From assembly GCF_009914755.1 (NCBI RefSeq), contig NC_060925.1: a stretch of DNA of 64,000 bases. One strand, 5' to 3'. Under the pieces are notes generated by a model. That model was not told where the DNA came from and ran no database searches. It worked only from the letters and a program-made list of their open reading frames with translations. Shown here in pieces: positions 39,408 through 53,760 of the stretch. Each line of letters begins with the position of its first letter. Position 1 is the first letter of the stretch. The translations under genes were made by a program, and so were the position numbers. The stretch comes from the human T2T-CHM13v2.0 reference genome, Homo sapiens.

Positions 39408-42400
39408 GTATAGAAGGCTCTCATAAAGTCATGGACAGAAGCATTAGGATCAGATACATGAGGAGGCTGAAGGGATACTACTGTGTCTTTTTTGGGGAGA
39501 AAGAGTGTTTTTTTATGGAAGGAGAGCAAAATTTTAGGGTGGGCTAAAGAAAGTGACAGAGAAAATGGGAAACAAGGAATCTTAGTGCCAGACAATAAAT
39601 GAACAACACATTTATAGAGGTTGGAGCCGGGATTCCTGAAAAAGAGGCCGTGAGAGAGAAAATTATGATCAATTCCACTTCAGGCCCTTTAAGTTGGCCT
39701 GTCCACTCCCATGTACCCAGTGAGAACACTCATCAGTTTTACAAAGGCAGATGTCTCCGTGGCTTTAGGGAGCATTCCTCATTCATTCAACAACTCCAGG
39801 ATGGACACTCACTCTGGGCCAGGTACAATGTTAGGCATTGCTCTCACTCTGATGCTGTCTCTTCTCAACTTCAGCTCTTGGTTTTGCAACCTGGATTTTA
39901 TTTTTGCCTCTGATCCTTTGACTTGAAGCTATGTCTGGGCTTCCCAGAGTCTGAAGATCAGTTTCCCCAGTGGCATCTGGCTAATGCCTCTTTTGGTCCC
40001 AGTGTCCGAAGAAGCTTCAGGTGAGAATGCTGATCCAGTCCTGGCCTGGGCCACCTACCCGACATTGTTCCCTTGTGCAGTATCCCTGCCTGTCCTGCCT
40101 CGAAATGTCTCTGCCCTCTTCCAGGAGCTGTGTGCATTGTGTGTGGAGGGTGGTGGTACAAAGGATGAAGCACTCAGACAAGAACAGACCCTGCCCTCAG
40201 GAGACAGAAATCTAGCCAGGACAAACGTGGCACCAGCCCTCCTTAGGACTGCTTGCCTAGCAGCATATTAACAAGGCATGTAATGGTGTGGCATGTGGTA
40301 TGGAGGCACCTGTGGCATGACAGGTGGTGGGAATTACTGGGTGAAATCTTCTGAAGGAGAGAGTCTTACACCAGTAGCCCTACTTGGGGTGAGAAGGATT
40401 GTGGGCAGAAGTCTAGCTTAGGAACTCTACTTTATGAATAAGAGAGTGATGTTTTGGACCAGAAATGCTGCTTGCTCCACCTGGGAAGACAGGCTAAGTG
40501 TCTGTTATGTGCAGCTGCAGACCTAGCCCAGGGCCCCGATCAGGCATTGGGCATTTGGCTAGAGAGGATCTCTCTCTCAAGCAGATGCTTATTATAGACT
40601 TGTTCTGAGCACTCAACATGCCTTCTCCCTCCCAGCTGCTAAATGCCCATTTCCAAGTTATTGAAATTCACTGGGAAGTATGGTTAATATGCAAATATAG
40701 ATTAGCCCCCTTGCCACTGATGCAGAGCTGCCTGTTTGGCAGCCTGTGGTACTCAAGATTCATAAAATATCTGGCACAAGCAGGGGAGAACGGAGAATGA
40801 TTGGACGGGGTTGGGGATGGGGGTAGGTTTAATTCCTGGGCTACTAATGAATCTGATTGCAGCCAACACTCGATTATACCCAGGTGGATTACACACTGGG
40901 CGAGTCATCTGTAGAAATGTTAAATCCTGTGAGGTTTTACCCATTGCTCCACATACTCAGAAAGCTTCCAAGCAGCCTGACCCAGCCATTAATTGCTGCG
41001 CACTCACAGATGGGCAGCTCATTTCCATACTGGTTGAAGCAAAACATAATTGGTAAGGCAAACATACTGTCAGAAATATACAATATCTATGTATCCCACT
41101 ACACATTGGAAGTCAAACAACACTGAGCTTTGTGATTTTCCACTGTTTTAAACGAATCACCCCACTGCTCCCCCTCTTGCATGGACCGCTGAGGAGTTGC
41201 AACCCATGGGGCTGTTTTAACAAACATCTGAGAACATACACATTCAAATACGCTGTTCTTTCAAAATAGACACCTTGGGACTGAGTTGCTGCCTTGCTTG
41301 AGAACTTCCAGAAGTTCTTTTCTTTGTTGTTTGGAATTGCCTTTGGAGCGTTTTGTCTGCTCTTTAAAGTGCCTGTGGTCTACCAAGAGGGCAGATCTCC
41401 ATCTCGGGAGAGCAGGATTGATTTTTGGTGACAGGAGAAAGAACTGTGGAGCCAAGTGTAGTGAGTCAAGTGCAATCTTATACTTCTTACTCATAAAGAT
41501 TTATTTTCCTACTATTTTTTCTTCCCAAGGAAGTCATCTAAGATGAACTCTGCATTTGTGATCATTGCCTGAGCAAGGAGGTGAACTCGTCAATGCTTCC
41601 CTGAACAAAATAAGCAAGATAAAACCAACCCCCTATCCCCCAACAATGACACACACGCCTTTTCTTCTGCTGAGTACACAGCTCTCAGCCTGGCACCCAC
41701 TGACTGCCACATGGATACAAACAACGTCTCACTAGACCCCAGGGCCTTTCCTTTGTGGAGCTGCTAAAAAACTGCTTCAAACATCTCGCTCCAGGCTAGC
41801 TTCCCTGCAACCCAACTAACTCCTCACCTACCTCCAGGGCCACTGATCAGCCTGCAATAGGGAAGGCAAACTCACATGAATTCAATGCCCTAGGTAGTCA
41901 GGAGGATGAAATCATGGCAACAGTCTCCAGCTAATGAATCAAATGTCCCGAGGAGACGCTTTGGTTCCAGAGGGGCCATGGTGGCTCCAGGGACCTGGGG
42001 CTGGACACTTTTTCAAAGGAGGAGGGTTGAAGCTGTTCTAGGAGTTGGCAGTGACTGGAATGCATGAATCCTCCAAGAGGATCTCTCAGGGGAGATCAAG
42101 CCTCCTAGTTGGATCTAAGACTTTTTTTGATGTATTGGTTAAATAATAAATCAAATGTTTTTGTTTGTAGTTAGAGGGCTGTGTCAGGTGAGAGGAAGCA
42201 GACAGTGTTGGGATGACTATATACTTGGTAATTCTGGGACTTACCGACTAGGAGACAGCCTAGATCTATTTTCAGGTCTTGATGAAGGCAGTGAGCTGTC
42301 CCCAAGACCCTCCTTAATTTCCCTAAATCAATATTTTTCCCTTAAAATAACTAGGTTGTAGGTGCTGCTTTGGGGACTGGCCATTTCTATACAAACCAAA

Positions 42401-44809
42401 GAGTGAGGTTTCCAAGAATGAAAGTTCAGAAAGCTGGGTCCCCAAGGGGACCCTGAGGATCAGGGAGAATTCTCTAGGAAAGCCACAGCTCCTCTGTGTT
42501 CCTTCCCGGGATCAGCACCTCTGAGGACATCAGTCCCTGGAGATTTTCCCTGGCACAGGGGAGAATTAATTCTTGTGTTGCCTCTCTTAGCTTCTCCTCC
42601 CCCTGGGACACTCTACAACCAGCTCCAATAATTTTGTCTTCATTTCCCTGGACTCGGGGCCTCCAGATTCAGAGAAACTAGAATTCCATTCTTTCCGCTA
42701 AGGAAAACCATTAGACCTGCACTTAGCAACCACCAGGATGGTATTTTTAGCTCTCTGGCAGAAGTGTAATGTACAAAATGTAATAATCTCAGCTTTGAAG
42801 TTCCTCACAGCCCCATTCAACATGAAATTGTGGCTGATGGATGGTTATGGAGGCAGCAGAGAAACAGGGCCAATGTGCTTGTCTGCTGTTTTCCTTCTCT
42901 GGTCAGAGTGTAGGTACCGGAGAGGCAGCAAAGATCAGAAACACACAGGTCTTAGGAAATCCACTACTCAACTCGCAGGGAAACTAGCCCCCAAATGTCC
43001 ATTTCCTCCTTAGGTCACGTTTATATAATAGCTCAAGGGCTAAATCCACTCTGCTGAAACTTTGGAGTGAACCAGTTGCCTATTCCCCTTCTCCCAACTT
43101 AGTCTGTGCATTTGGGCAAGTCCCTTCACCTGTCTGCCTCAGTTTCCACATCTGCAAAATGATCCTTTTCGGTTTAGAATTCTACATTCTATAATTCCAA
43201 ATACTGTCTGGAATTGATACAAGACAAACCCTGTGATGGGAGGCCCAGTGCGACTCAGTGGCGTGCATTTGCCAGAGTGCCTATGAAGCACTCAGCACTG
43301 CAAGGTGGCTGTTCTGGCCCAGCCCAGTGAGTGGCTAATTCACCTCCGAGGCCCTCTTCGGATCAATTTTAATTCCCACAATGCATCCCCACCCCATCTG
43401 ACACCTCTGCTTCCAGGCTGCCTACCCTGACTTCAGCCAGTGGGCGGCCAGGAATTGTGACTGGATTTTAACTTCAGCCCAAGCAAGATAAAACCAGGCA
43501 AGTTCAATCTGCTCCCAAACACTCATGGGACCTATTCTGAGGCCAAAGAAAAGTGACTTTTGAATTAGTTACTATTTTCAGACAACATAGGGGTAGGCAA
43601 AGAGACAGATTTTGTTCTCTGTCTTCTGCCCAGCCTCTCCCCAAGGCAGAGAAGGCAAGAAGAGGGGGGAAGAGGAGCAAAGGGAAATGTATAGGCTTAA
43701 GGGAGAAGGAGGGGCTGGAGCTTTGGCTCCTGCCCAGAAGTGGCAGATCATCACAAGCCCCTTAATGATGATGCAACCAGTTCCCTGGTGCTTCCTCCAG
43801 CATCAAGCCTGGCTCCCAGGGACCTTCGGCATCGTTCTCTCTCCGGGTAGGATGGCTCCACATCTGGATGGACTGATTGGGATCCTGCTCCAGAGCCCCA
43901 TCATTGACTCACTTAGCCATCCAAACACATTTAGAAAAGTGCCTAGTATGTGCCAGGCTCTGTGCTAAATGCTCTGGGAGATGCAAAGAAGTATTAGAAT
44001 TCTGTCCTCAAGAAATGGATGTCTCAGAGATACCATCTATTCTAGAGAAAGAGGTTTCCTGGTCAATTTTAGCCAAAAATCTCATTTATTTAAGTGAATT
44101 CATACTGAGCACTCCCGTGAAGTGCCAGGCACTGTGCCAGGGGCTTGCGAGTTGTCCTTGTCTGAAGCGTCAATGATCTACAGTGGAATTGGGATGAGGT
44201 TCCTCTATGTCTTAAATTTGCCTCTATCCAAAAATGCTTGAAGCTCCATCACACTGGTTTCCTCAGCACTTTCAGTTCATGTGCACCTATGTGCACACTA
44301 GAAGGTGGCAGGGGGTGCCCTGGGGATGGGGAGGCAAGGGCAGGGCACCTTAAGTTGCCTGTAGGAGGGGACTAGAGGGACCACTCACTTCCTACATGGC
44401 CATATCAGTGAGGAAGGCCCAGGAGAGACTATGAGGCCAGGGAAGAGAGGAGTGTGGAGGGAAAGGGGAATTATGAGGATGGAACTGAAAGGGTTCTATC
44501 TCGTGCCACAAGGGTCAACAGCCATTGCTCCTATTTTCCATGCTGGGAGAGAGGCGTCATAATGGAGGATCTCATATATTATTCCCACATCCACCTGGCC
44601 GCTGGTGGTTGGTTGCCAGCCTCCTGATATGTAGCAGGGGCAGAGGGATAGAGTCCTTGACCTTCCTCTTGAAATAAGTTCATCCCCTCTTGAAGTAAGT
44701 TTGGCTGCTAATGGGAGCCAGCCTTGGACTGTACATTTGTGGTGGATATTCAACTAGCAGAAAACCAAATCATCACATCTCAAGAAGCAAAAGGAGGAGG
44801 CTGATGGGC

Positions 44810-44990
44810 AAGAATAATGGCCAACATTTACCGGGGCCCTACTATGTGCAATTCATATATATTAACTCATCTAATCATCACAAGAACCACCCCATGGAGT
44901 TGGTGTGTTATTATTCTCATTTTTCCAAATGAGGAAGTTGTGGCACTGAAAGGTTAGGCAACTTGCCCAAGGTCACACAGCTAACAGGTG
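44810..44990 (-). mobile_element. MIR SINE
   Basis: aaatgaggaagttgtggcactgaaaggttaggcaacttgcccaaggtcacacagcta. Confidence 0.88.
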
Positions 44991-45675
44991 GGGGATGATG
45001 TGTGCCTGGGACAAAAGCCCCCATCAGAGCCCTAGTGCTGTCTTGCCTCTGGGTTAGTGGAATGGGAAGTCTGTACTTATTTCCTCTGGCTTGATGCCAC
45101 TGCCAACTTTCAGACTAACAGGCAGAGAAGCATGTACGTGAAACCTCTTCCTGTCTCTTTGCCGAATCCTATTTCCCAGAGTGTGAAATGCGCTTCCCTC
45201 CTGCCAGCCACAATATGGCCTGATTATGCCTAATAAGACACGGGCTTCTAGTCAGCACGAGCTCAGCTGCTGAGTACAGGGGAGACATGGGGACTCTGCT
45301 TCCACCCCAGCCTCCTCCTGTCCAGGGCACCTGCTGTGGCGCCCGCCCAAGGCAACAGATGACACAGGGCCCATTTGTGGCCCCTTCTCCCCACCCCTGG
45401 CTCCTCTGCTCCATTCCCCCTGGTGGGGTGAGGTCTGGGGAGGAAAAGAAGGGGTAAGGAGTGAAGAGAGGCACCCTCGTTGTCAAGTGTTGGTGCTTTA
45501 ACCCACACAGCTGGCTGCTGAAGCCGACAGATGTGGGAGGCCAAGGGAAAGGGCGACCTCATTAGTGGAGCTAAGAGGATGCTGTAAGCACTCTCCCTAT
45601 ACTCCTGCCCCCTGGAACAGCAGTTGAGGGGTAAGGGGTAGAGAATGCAGAGTTAGCTGTACCAGGCAAGGGCAC

Positions 45676-46177
45676 TGTGATGATTAATTTTATGTGTTGA
45701 CTTGGCTAGGTCAAGGCCACAGGGTGCCCAGGTATTTGTTCAAGCATGACTCTGGGTGTGTCTGTGAGGGGGGTTTCCTGATGAGATCAACATTCGATTC
45801 AGCAGACTGAGTAAAGCAGATGGCCCTCCCTAATGTGGGCAGGCCTCATCCATTCTGTTAAAGGCCTGAATAGGACAAAAAACACTGACCCTCCTGCAAA
45901 GAAGAGAAAATTCTTCCTGCCTGACTGCTTTGAGCTGGGATATTGGTCTTTTCTTGCCTTTGGACTCTAACAGAAACATCAGCTCTCCTTAGGTCTTGAG
46001 CCTGCTGGCTTCTGTACTGGAACTACACACCAACTCTCCTGGGTCTCCAGCTTGCCACTGCAGATCTTGGGACTACTCCGCCTCCATCATCATGCGAGCC
46101 AACTCTGAATAATAACTCTCTTTCTCTCTCTCTACATCCTATTGGTTCTGTTTCCCTGCAGAACCCTGACTAATACA
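45676..46177 (+). mobile_element. MLT2B-like ERVL solo LTR
   Basis: TGTGATGATTAATTTTATGTG...GAACCCTGACTAATACA; degenerate 5-bp TSD GGCAC/AGTAC. Confidence 0.9.
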
Positions 46178-46769
46178 AGTACCATAAATATTTATTGGTA
46201 GGGACCTGGCTTGGAGGTTGGTAGGTTGGGTTTTTGCATGTAACCGGTGGTTCTGAGTCAAAGTGTTTACATTCTTGCCTCTCAGCTTCCAGGGACGACT
46301 CAAATGGCCCCTGAAATACAGCCTTGACCAGGAAACTCAGCATGAAGGCACTTCTCTGGCCAAATATTTCTAGATATGGCCTGTTTTTCAAAGCTTGAAA
46401 TTAAAGTCCATGCTCAGAGCTCTTCATTCTTTCCAAGCTCTGCATGTGCTATGGGGCTGAAAAGAGCAGAGAGCAGCTTACTGGAGTGTCTAGATGCAAG
46501 AGAGTCTGGGGAAAAACAATGGCTGAATTCAAGGGGGCTGTCTTTGCCAGTTTTCTGCCTCCAAGAAGGAGGAGCTTCCCTCGTGACATGTAGTCTCTGC
46601 AGTTCCTCAAGGTTTCCAAGGAGGGTACCACTATGAGTGTCTCACTTATCTATTCCAGTGTTGGCTCATCCAGAAAATTTCAAATCCTTGAATTCCAAGG
46701 AAAGTCAATGTTTCTGTAATGCAGACTTGAGTAGGTGCATCCAGGACAGGCTGGTGCGGTAGTGTGGTG

Positions 46770-47010
46770 GCGGTGGGGTGCTCAGTGATGGTGTCTGGGT
46801 TCAATCCCAGCTCTAACACTTACTACCTATGAGAGCTTGGGAGAGTTACTTAAGCTCCTTGTACCTTCATTTCCTCATTTGAAAAAATGGGATGATTATA
46901 GTGGTAACTACCCTCCTAGGGTTGCTGTGAGGATTGAATGAAATTATACATGTATATGTAGTGAATGGTTAACCTATAGTAGCGCTATATACACTTTAGC
47001 CATTAGCAGA
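46770..47010 (+). mobile_element. MIR SINE
   Basis: ctgggttcaatcccagctctaacacttactac...gggttgctgtgaggattgaatga. Confidence 0.88.
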
Positions 47011-50000
47011 TGTTTTTAAGTTAGTGGAATAGTTTACCCTTCTTTGTATTTCCCACTAACGCTAGAACCTGCCTGGTATTCTAAGAATTATATATCTAAT
47101 AATAATATAGGGAGATCCTAAACGTTCTGATTTCAGACCTGACCCATTGCCAGGAACAGCAGTGGATTCCTGAGACATGGTCTTGGTCCTCAAGGACTTA
47201 GAAATTATCTTACAAAGCCCTGTCTACTCTCACTGGGTTATAAACTGACAACTGCTGCTGGAGGAGGTACAACTGAGAACAGGGTGGGGCGCCATGGAGA
47301 GTTTAGCCAGCCAGGGTGGAATCTACCCGCAGCACCTTTGGGATGTGAGGTGAGACCCCTGTGGCCTCAGGCTAACTTAGCTGATGTCTCAGGTGGATGG
47401 AAGGTGCCCATCTCCTCCAGGACATGGACTGGGAGAGAGGCACTCCAAATGGCAACAAATAAAGTTTGAGGTTTCCTACTGGGACTTCTTTGGTAGTACC
47501 ATATAAATACGGTTTAGGAGCACAATGTCTTAAGTAATAAAGGAGAAGGAGGAAAAAATAATCCAGAGAGAAATCAACTTATGGCTCATTTAAACCTTAT
47601 TGAAATTTCTACCGTGGAAACATTTAAATATCATAGTTACTGCAGTGTGCCTTCGCTCCTGCTATTCCCTGGTGAATGTTTCGTTGCACATTTGGTTGGG
47701 GAGCAGAATAATAAAGCTGCTTGGAAATTGCTTTCCCACTGCTAGGTAATTACAACAGGTTTTTATTCCAAATGTAAAGAATGAACCGTTTTTTTTAATA
47801 AAGGAAGCTCTCGGTCCGTCCCAGCCCCCTCCACTTGCTAGCCTCGGTCTGCCTTGGCCCTTGGCTCCCACATCCTCTGTCACACTTCCCAACACGACCT
47901 CCTCTGTTTCCTGCCTTTCCTCTGAGACGCAGCTGGAAGCAGCTCTCCCATCTCAGCTGCTGGCTCTGTCTCCCAGCCTGGAAGCCTTGCATGTCACTGT
48001 TTAGAGAAAGGGGCGGCCCCCCTCCAGGTCTCTGTTGAGGACATTACATATTTGGCTTGACTCCATCCAGGCCATCAAACACACTCCTGTCTCCCGTTCC
48101 TACCCAGAGAGATGCATTTCCCCACCTCCATCTTTTTTTAATCCCAAGCAAGCAATTCGGGATTAACTCGACATTTGTCAGCTCTGTCTGAGCACAGGCG
48201 TGAGCTCCTCGGCTCTCTCCCACCAGACAGAGCAAAGAAAAAGTGCCTTTTGTGCTTTCAGATGCACACTTGAGCTTGGCAGCCAAGTGTGCACCTGCCC
48301 AAGGCCGGGTGGGCACAAGTCCCAACAGCTGCCCGCACAGGGCTTTGCTCTCTCATCTGGTCTCTCAGGTTTAACTCTGAGCGGGCTTCCCCTGTCACCA
48401 GACACATTTGTTTCTTTCCTAACCCCTGTTGCTTCTGGCTACTGCGTGTGGAAAAATGAATCCTCTTTGTGCTATGTCACCTCCAATGTCTCTAGGAGGG
48501 AGAAGTCACTCAGCAGCCACCTCTCATGACATCATGGGAGTCCGGGGCAGCCCCTGGGGCAGGGCAAAGGGCAGGGGCATGGAAGTCAGTTCATTCTGCA
48601 GCTGTGTGGCTCTGAGCACTCCCTTCCCCTCTCTGGGCCTCAGTTCCCCTCTCTGTAAAATAAGGCAGACTAGATGTCTTTGCATCCCTTTAAACTATAG
48701 TACCCCACAACTGTACATTTCAGTGATACCCATTTTGGTCCATTATCTGCTGTTTTGCCTTATCCATTCCCATATGTCCTTCCCTGAGAATAGGTCTACA
48801 GGGCTGGAGCCAGACAAGAGCACCGTGCTTGGCTCAGAGTCACATGGTTCTGAGGGGGCCCCTGTTAATGATCAGGTTTATTCCTGGGAACGGAACACCA
48901 TGGGACCCTGGTGAACTGAAGAAATAGGAATGGAGACCCAGCAGCTGTAGAGGGAGGCAGGTGGGTGGCCTCTCCGGGACAGACTGGCTGCTGGCTGTTG
49001 GAGTGAGTGCCTGTACCCAGTTTCTAGCTCTGACCCTTCCCTCTCTGAGCTCTGGTTTTCTCTGTCTGTTTAATGAGGTGTTTTCCCATGCCCCAACTTA
49101 GGAGGATCAATGAGAAGGTGAAAATATTTTTCTTTGGGAAGAAAAAGAAGCCAGAGGTCCAATGGGGAAATCGAGGCATGGGGCACTCCTCATAGTCTAG
49201 AAGTACCGACTACAAATATGCTCGAGTGGGGCAGGGCCTCTGGCGTCCGGTTTGGATGCCCAGCAGGGCCCAGTGGCACTTCTTGACATCGGTGTTAGAG
49301 AAAGATGACCTGCTGCTGGTCTTCCCTGCCCCAAGCCCAGAACCTCTGAGGAAGAGAACACTGTGCAGATTCCAAGGCCAAGAAGTGGCCTAGAGGGGAA
49401 GTTCTGTGGTCTAGTCCTGCTTTGGGGGTGTGTGTGAAGGTGACAGTGTGCAACGGAGTCTCAGGGTGTGAGTGAAGGCTGGGGCCCAGGCCCTGAGGTG
49501 CACTGAGGCTGGCTTCTGAGGTGTGGCCGGCTCAGTGCAGGGGGCGAGGGTGTGGGGGATGGGAGGAGAGCAGCGGCTGTGCTGGGGGCGGACAAAGGGA
49601 GAAGACAAAGATTATTTTAAACCTGTATTAATCACTGCTCCAAACAGGGACTGGGGGTGGGAGCCGCAGCTGTCATAGAGAGGCTGGGTGAGGGTGGTGG
49701 AAGAGAGTCCAGCAGGGAGGGGCTGGAACTCTTCCTTTCCACCCCAGGACCTCGGCCCAGCCCAGCTGTGAGCCTGGGGCCTTGCTGAATCTCTGTGGCT
49801 TGCTTGGAGTCCAGAGCAAATAAATGGTAAAAACTAAACTGTGGCCCCATTTTCTGGGCCAACTTGTCTTCCTACTTCCAGGCACCTTCCTCGAGAGCCT
49901 TCCCTCCACTGTTGCCAAGAGTTAGCCTAAAACAGTTTGGATCAAGTCATGTCTCTCAAAAGATAGTAATAATGGCTTCCCATTGCCCAAACAACTGGCC

Positions 50001-50079
50001 ACCTCCTTGGCCTGGCAGACAAGGCCGTTGACAACTGGTCCATCTGAACCTTCCAGCCCCAACTCCCGTGGGCATAACA

Positions 50080-50930
50080 GCGATTGTCCTCTAAGCACTT
50101 GCCACGTGCCAGGCACTGAGCCAATGCTTTCATCCGTGACTTCACTGAATACTCATATCCACCTTGTAGGTTACTTTCTACAAATGAAGAAATGGAGGCT
50201 TAGATAACTTAAGCAAGATCTGTCTGATACACAAGCTTACATTCTTAACTTCCTGGAGAATTACACAAACATTCATCATTCCCTGCTTTGCTCAGCTCTT
50301 ATCTCACCCGTCTTCTCTTTCGTTTTTGCCCTTATGAACATCCTCCTCATTCTTCAGGGCTCAGCTCAAATGCCGCCTATTTAAAGAAGCCTCCCTGGTT
50401 GGAATTCAACCATGGACTCGATAAGCATTTAATATTCACTGCCATTTAGATAGGTCCTATTATCTCCATTTTATAGATAAGAAAACAGAGGCTTAGAGAA
50501 ACAAAGCTAAGTATCTGTGTTTACACAGACACTACACTGAGTGACGGAGGAGGGATTCAAGGCCAGGTCTCCTGATGGCCCCAAATTCAGCATTCTTCAA
50601 AACACTTTCAACCATGTCAATGACTCTCCCTTTATGCATCCACAGTCCTTTGTTTGAGCCTTTATTCAGTGCTTATCAGATTCTGCACGTCTGATATTGG
50701 TGCTAGGATATGAGAGTACTCAATAATAGCCACAATATTGACTTACTACATGTGCAAGGCATTGCAGATGCTGAATTTTTCCCCCAACTATGAGGTGGGT
50801 ATGGCTTTCTCCATTCTTAAAGATGAGAAACTGATTCTTTGAGGCATTAGGTATGTTCTGGTTAATGCTGCCTCACCATCTCCGTGGGATTCCGATGCAG
50901 ATCTGTCTCAAGTTCATGCTTTTCCCATTA
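50080..50930 (-). mobile_element. Cluster of three antisense MIRs interspersed with L2 remnants
   Basis: MIR cores near 50180, 50470 and 50820. Confidence 0.7.
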
Positions 50931-51751
50931 CACAGGCTGCCTCTTGTAGGCTCTTCAACAGGTGGGTCCATGATTTATTTGTTCCGGAATGAATAAGACC
51001 CTAGTAGCATCTTGGGTAGAGTAGAGAATATGGAGATGGGCCATTTTTGGCTAGGAGGACTGGTCGGCCACTATAGTCTCCTTGGGGATCCTGGGGCTCT
51101 GAGCTCTGTGAACACCAACAACTCCTTCTTTAAAGTTTCAACTCAATTCTCTTGGACTCAGTCTTCTACACAGGTATAGGTGGGAGTGTTTCTCCCTCCA
51201 TTTGTCAAGGTTTTTCAGCTGTTACACTAGGGACACTGATACCTGCCTAAGTGGGAAATGGCCACATTGAAAGAGGGAAGGAGAGCTGCCCTGCTGTGCC
51301 TGTTCCCTTGTTACTGACATTTCCCCAGGACTTCCTAACTTTCTGTGGGTTCTGTGCCATTCCTGACTGGGGTGGGGGACAATGGAGGGAGAGGAGCCAG
51401 ACCCGAAGTCATCGCCAGGGATGTGAGCAATTCTAGGAAACAGGAGAGAAAGCACTAGAGAGGAGACCACGCTGAGAGATCTCCTTGGAGCAGGGCACCC
51501 CTGGACAAACTGATTCCCATGAGAGGAGCAGTCCCCCAAATCTGGGGACTCTCCCCATGAGACTGGAGAGTTTTAATTCAATCAGAAGATGTTTTCATTC
51601 AATCAGAGGATTTTCCCTTGCCAAAAAAGAATTGCATGTTAATGTAACTGTTGAAAAGTGGTAGTTTTTAGAACCAGCATGGATTCATTAAGACTAGGTG
51701 ACACCAAATTCATCTTTTAACTTAAAAAAATTTTTTGGTAAGGTTCTAAAG

Positions 51752-51984
51752 CAGGGTTTCTCTATCTTGGCACTATTGACATTGGGCCTGATAATTCTTT
51801 GTTGGGGGTGAGTATGGCGATGGGGGCGGTCCTGTGCATTGTGAAATGTTCAGCAGCACCCTGGCCTCTACCCACTAGATGCCAGTAGCATCTCACCACT
51901 CAGTCAAATGTGACAACCAAAAATGTCTCCAGACATGGCCGAATGTCCCCTATGGTAAAAATCTTCCCTAGTTGAGAACCATTG
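51752..51984 (-). mobile_element. MER20 hAT-Charlie element
   Basis: cagggtttctc...ggcctctacccactagatgccagtagca...gttgagaaccattg. Confidence 0.92.
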
Positions 51985-52349
51985 TTCTAGTCTGATAAAT
52001 CAGGAAGCTTCTCTACACCTAGTTCTGTAGTGAGATATTTGATAGATTTGGATTTGACATTATCTTTGTGACTAAGGAGGAGGAAGGTGGGCTGAGAATG
52101 AGCCTAGTTAGTTGTCCCAGTAACCAGCAGGACACTGTGTACCCGCATGCTGATTTATGACGGGCATCAGCCTGGGCACGTCCACGTTCACAAACCTCCA
52201 GGCTCTACTAACAGAACTCTTATCAACAACTCGAATAAAGACAATGATGGCATGCTTATCATAGGTACAAATGTCATAAGACTGGTAGACATGAAACTAT
52301 GTCAGATGAAATACTAAGGATTCACAAGGATTCCAGACTTTGTTAGTGA

Positions 52350-52875
<526 letters not shown>

Positions 52876-53524
52876 TGCATGTTTCGATCGCTAGACATGA
52901 TAGTGTGTTATCTACTCAAGTAATGTAATTAAAAACAGAACTCAACCTATAGTGTGGCTGAAATCAAATGCAATGCAATTGAACAGATGCAAATAAATCC
53001 TGTATTAGTTTAAAAAGTTAATTTGGCAATGATGAGTATAATATCAGGCTTGAGAGGTTCATGTGAAAATCAGGTAGGAGGTTTTAGATGGTCACAGGCC
53101 ATTAAGTCAAACAACAAGCAGACCCACCAACATACACAATGAAAGCCTGGACTGTTTATGGTATCTGGATCAAGGGAAATGGCCCATTGTACTCTGGGCA
53201 GGTCAGACCAAATTCAGCCTTACCTTCATTTCTGTCCGCTATATTTTTGGAAAGGCATTGACAAGTGTGTACAAAGAACAGTGACCTAGATGGCAAAGGC
53301 CTGGAAACCATGAAAAATATGGGGAAGAGGTGATGAAACTTGGGACATTTAAATTGGAAAAGATTTAGAAGGATATGAAACCTGTCTTCAAACATTTGAA
53401 GGCTTGTCCTGTGCGAGGAGGGTTAGGGGCTTTTTGTATAGCTCTAGACTGCAGAACCAGGCCCTCTTCAATTTATTGGGAGGCCAATTTCAGTTTAGAA
53501 CCATGCAAAGGCTGCTTTGTGAGA

Positions 53525-53760
53525 TAATAATAAAATAGCAACACTTACTGAGCACTTACAAAGCATCAGGCCCTGTGATAAGCACTTTCTCTGCATTATT
53601 TCCCTGACTTTTCACAACATCCTGGCCAAGGCACTTACTTCATTGTCATTTTAACCAAAAGGAGAAAGGAGGCTTACAGAGGTTAAGCAAACATGCCTGA
53701 GGTGACATGGCCAGTAGACAGTGGATTTGTGTGACCCCAACACATATATGCTTGACCACT
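53525..53760 (-). mobile_element. MIR SINE
   Basis: aatagcaacacttactgagcacttac...gaggcttacagaggttaagc. Confidence 0.85.
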
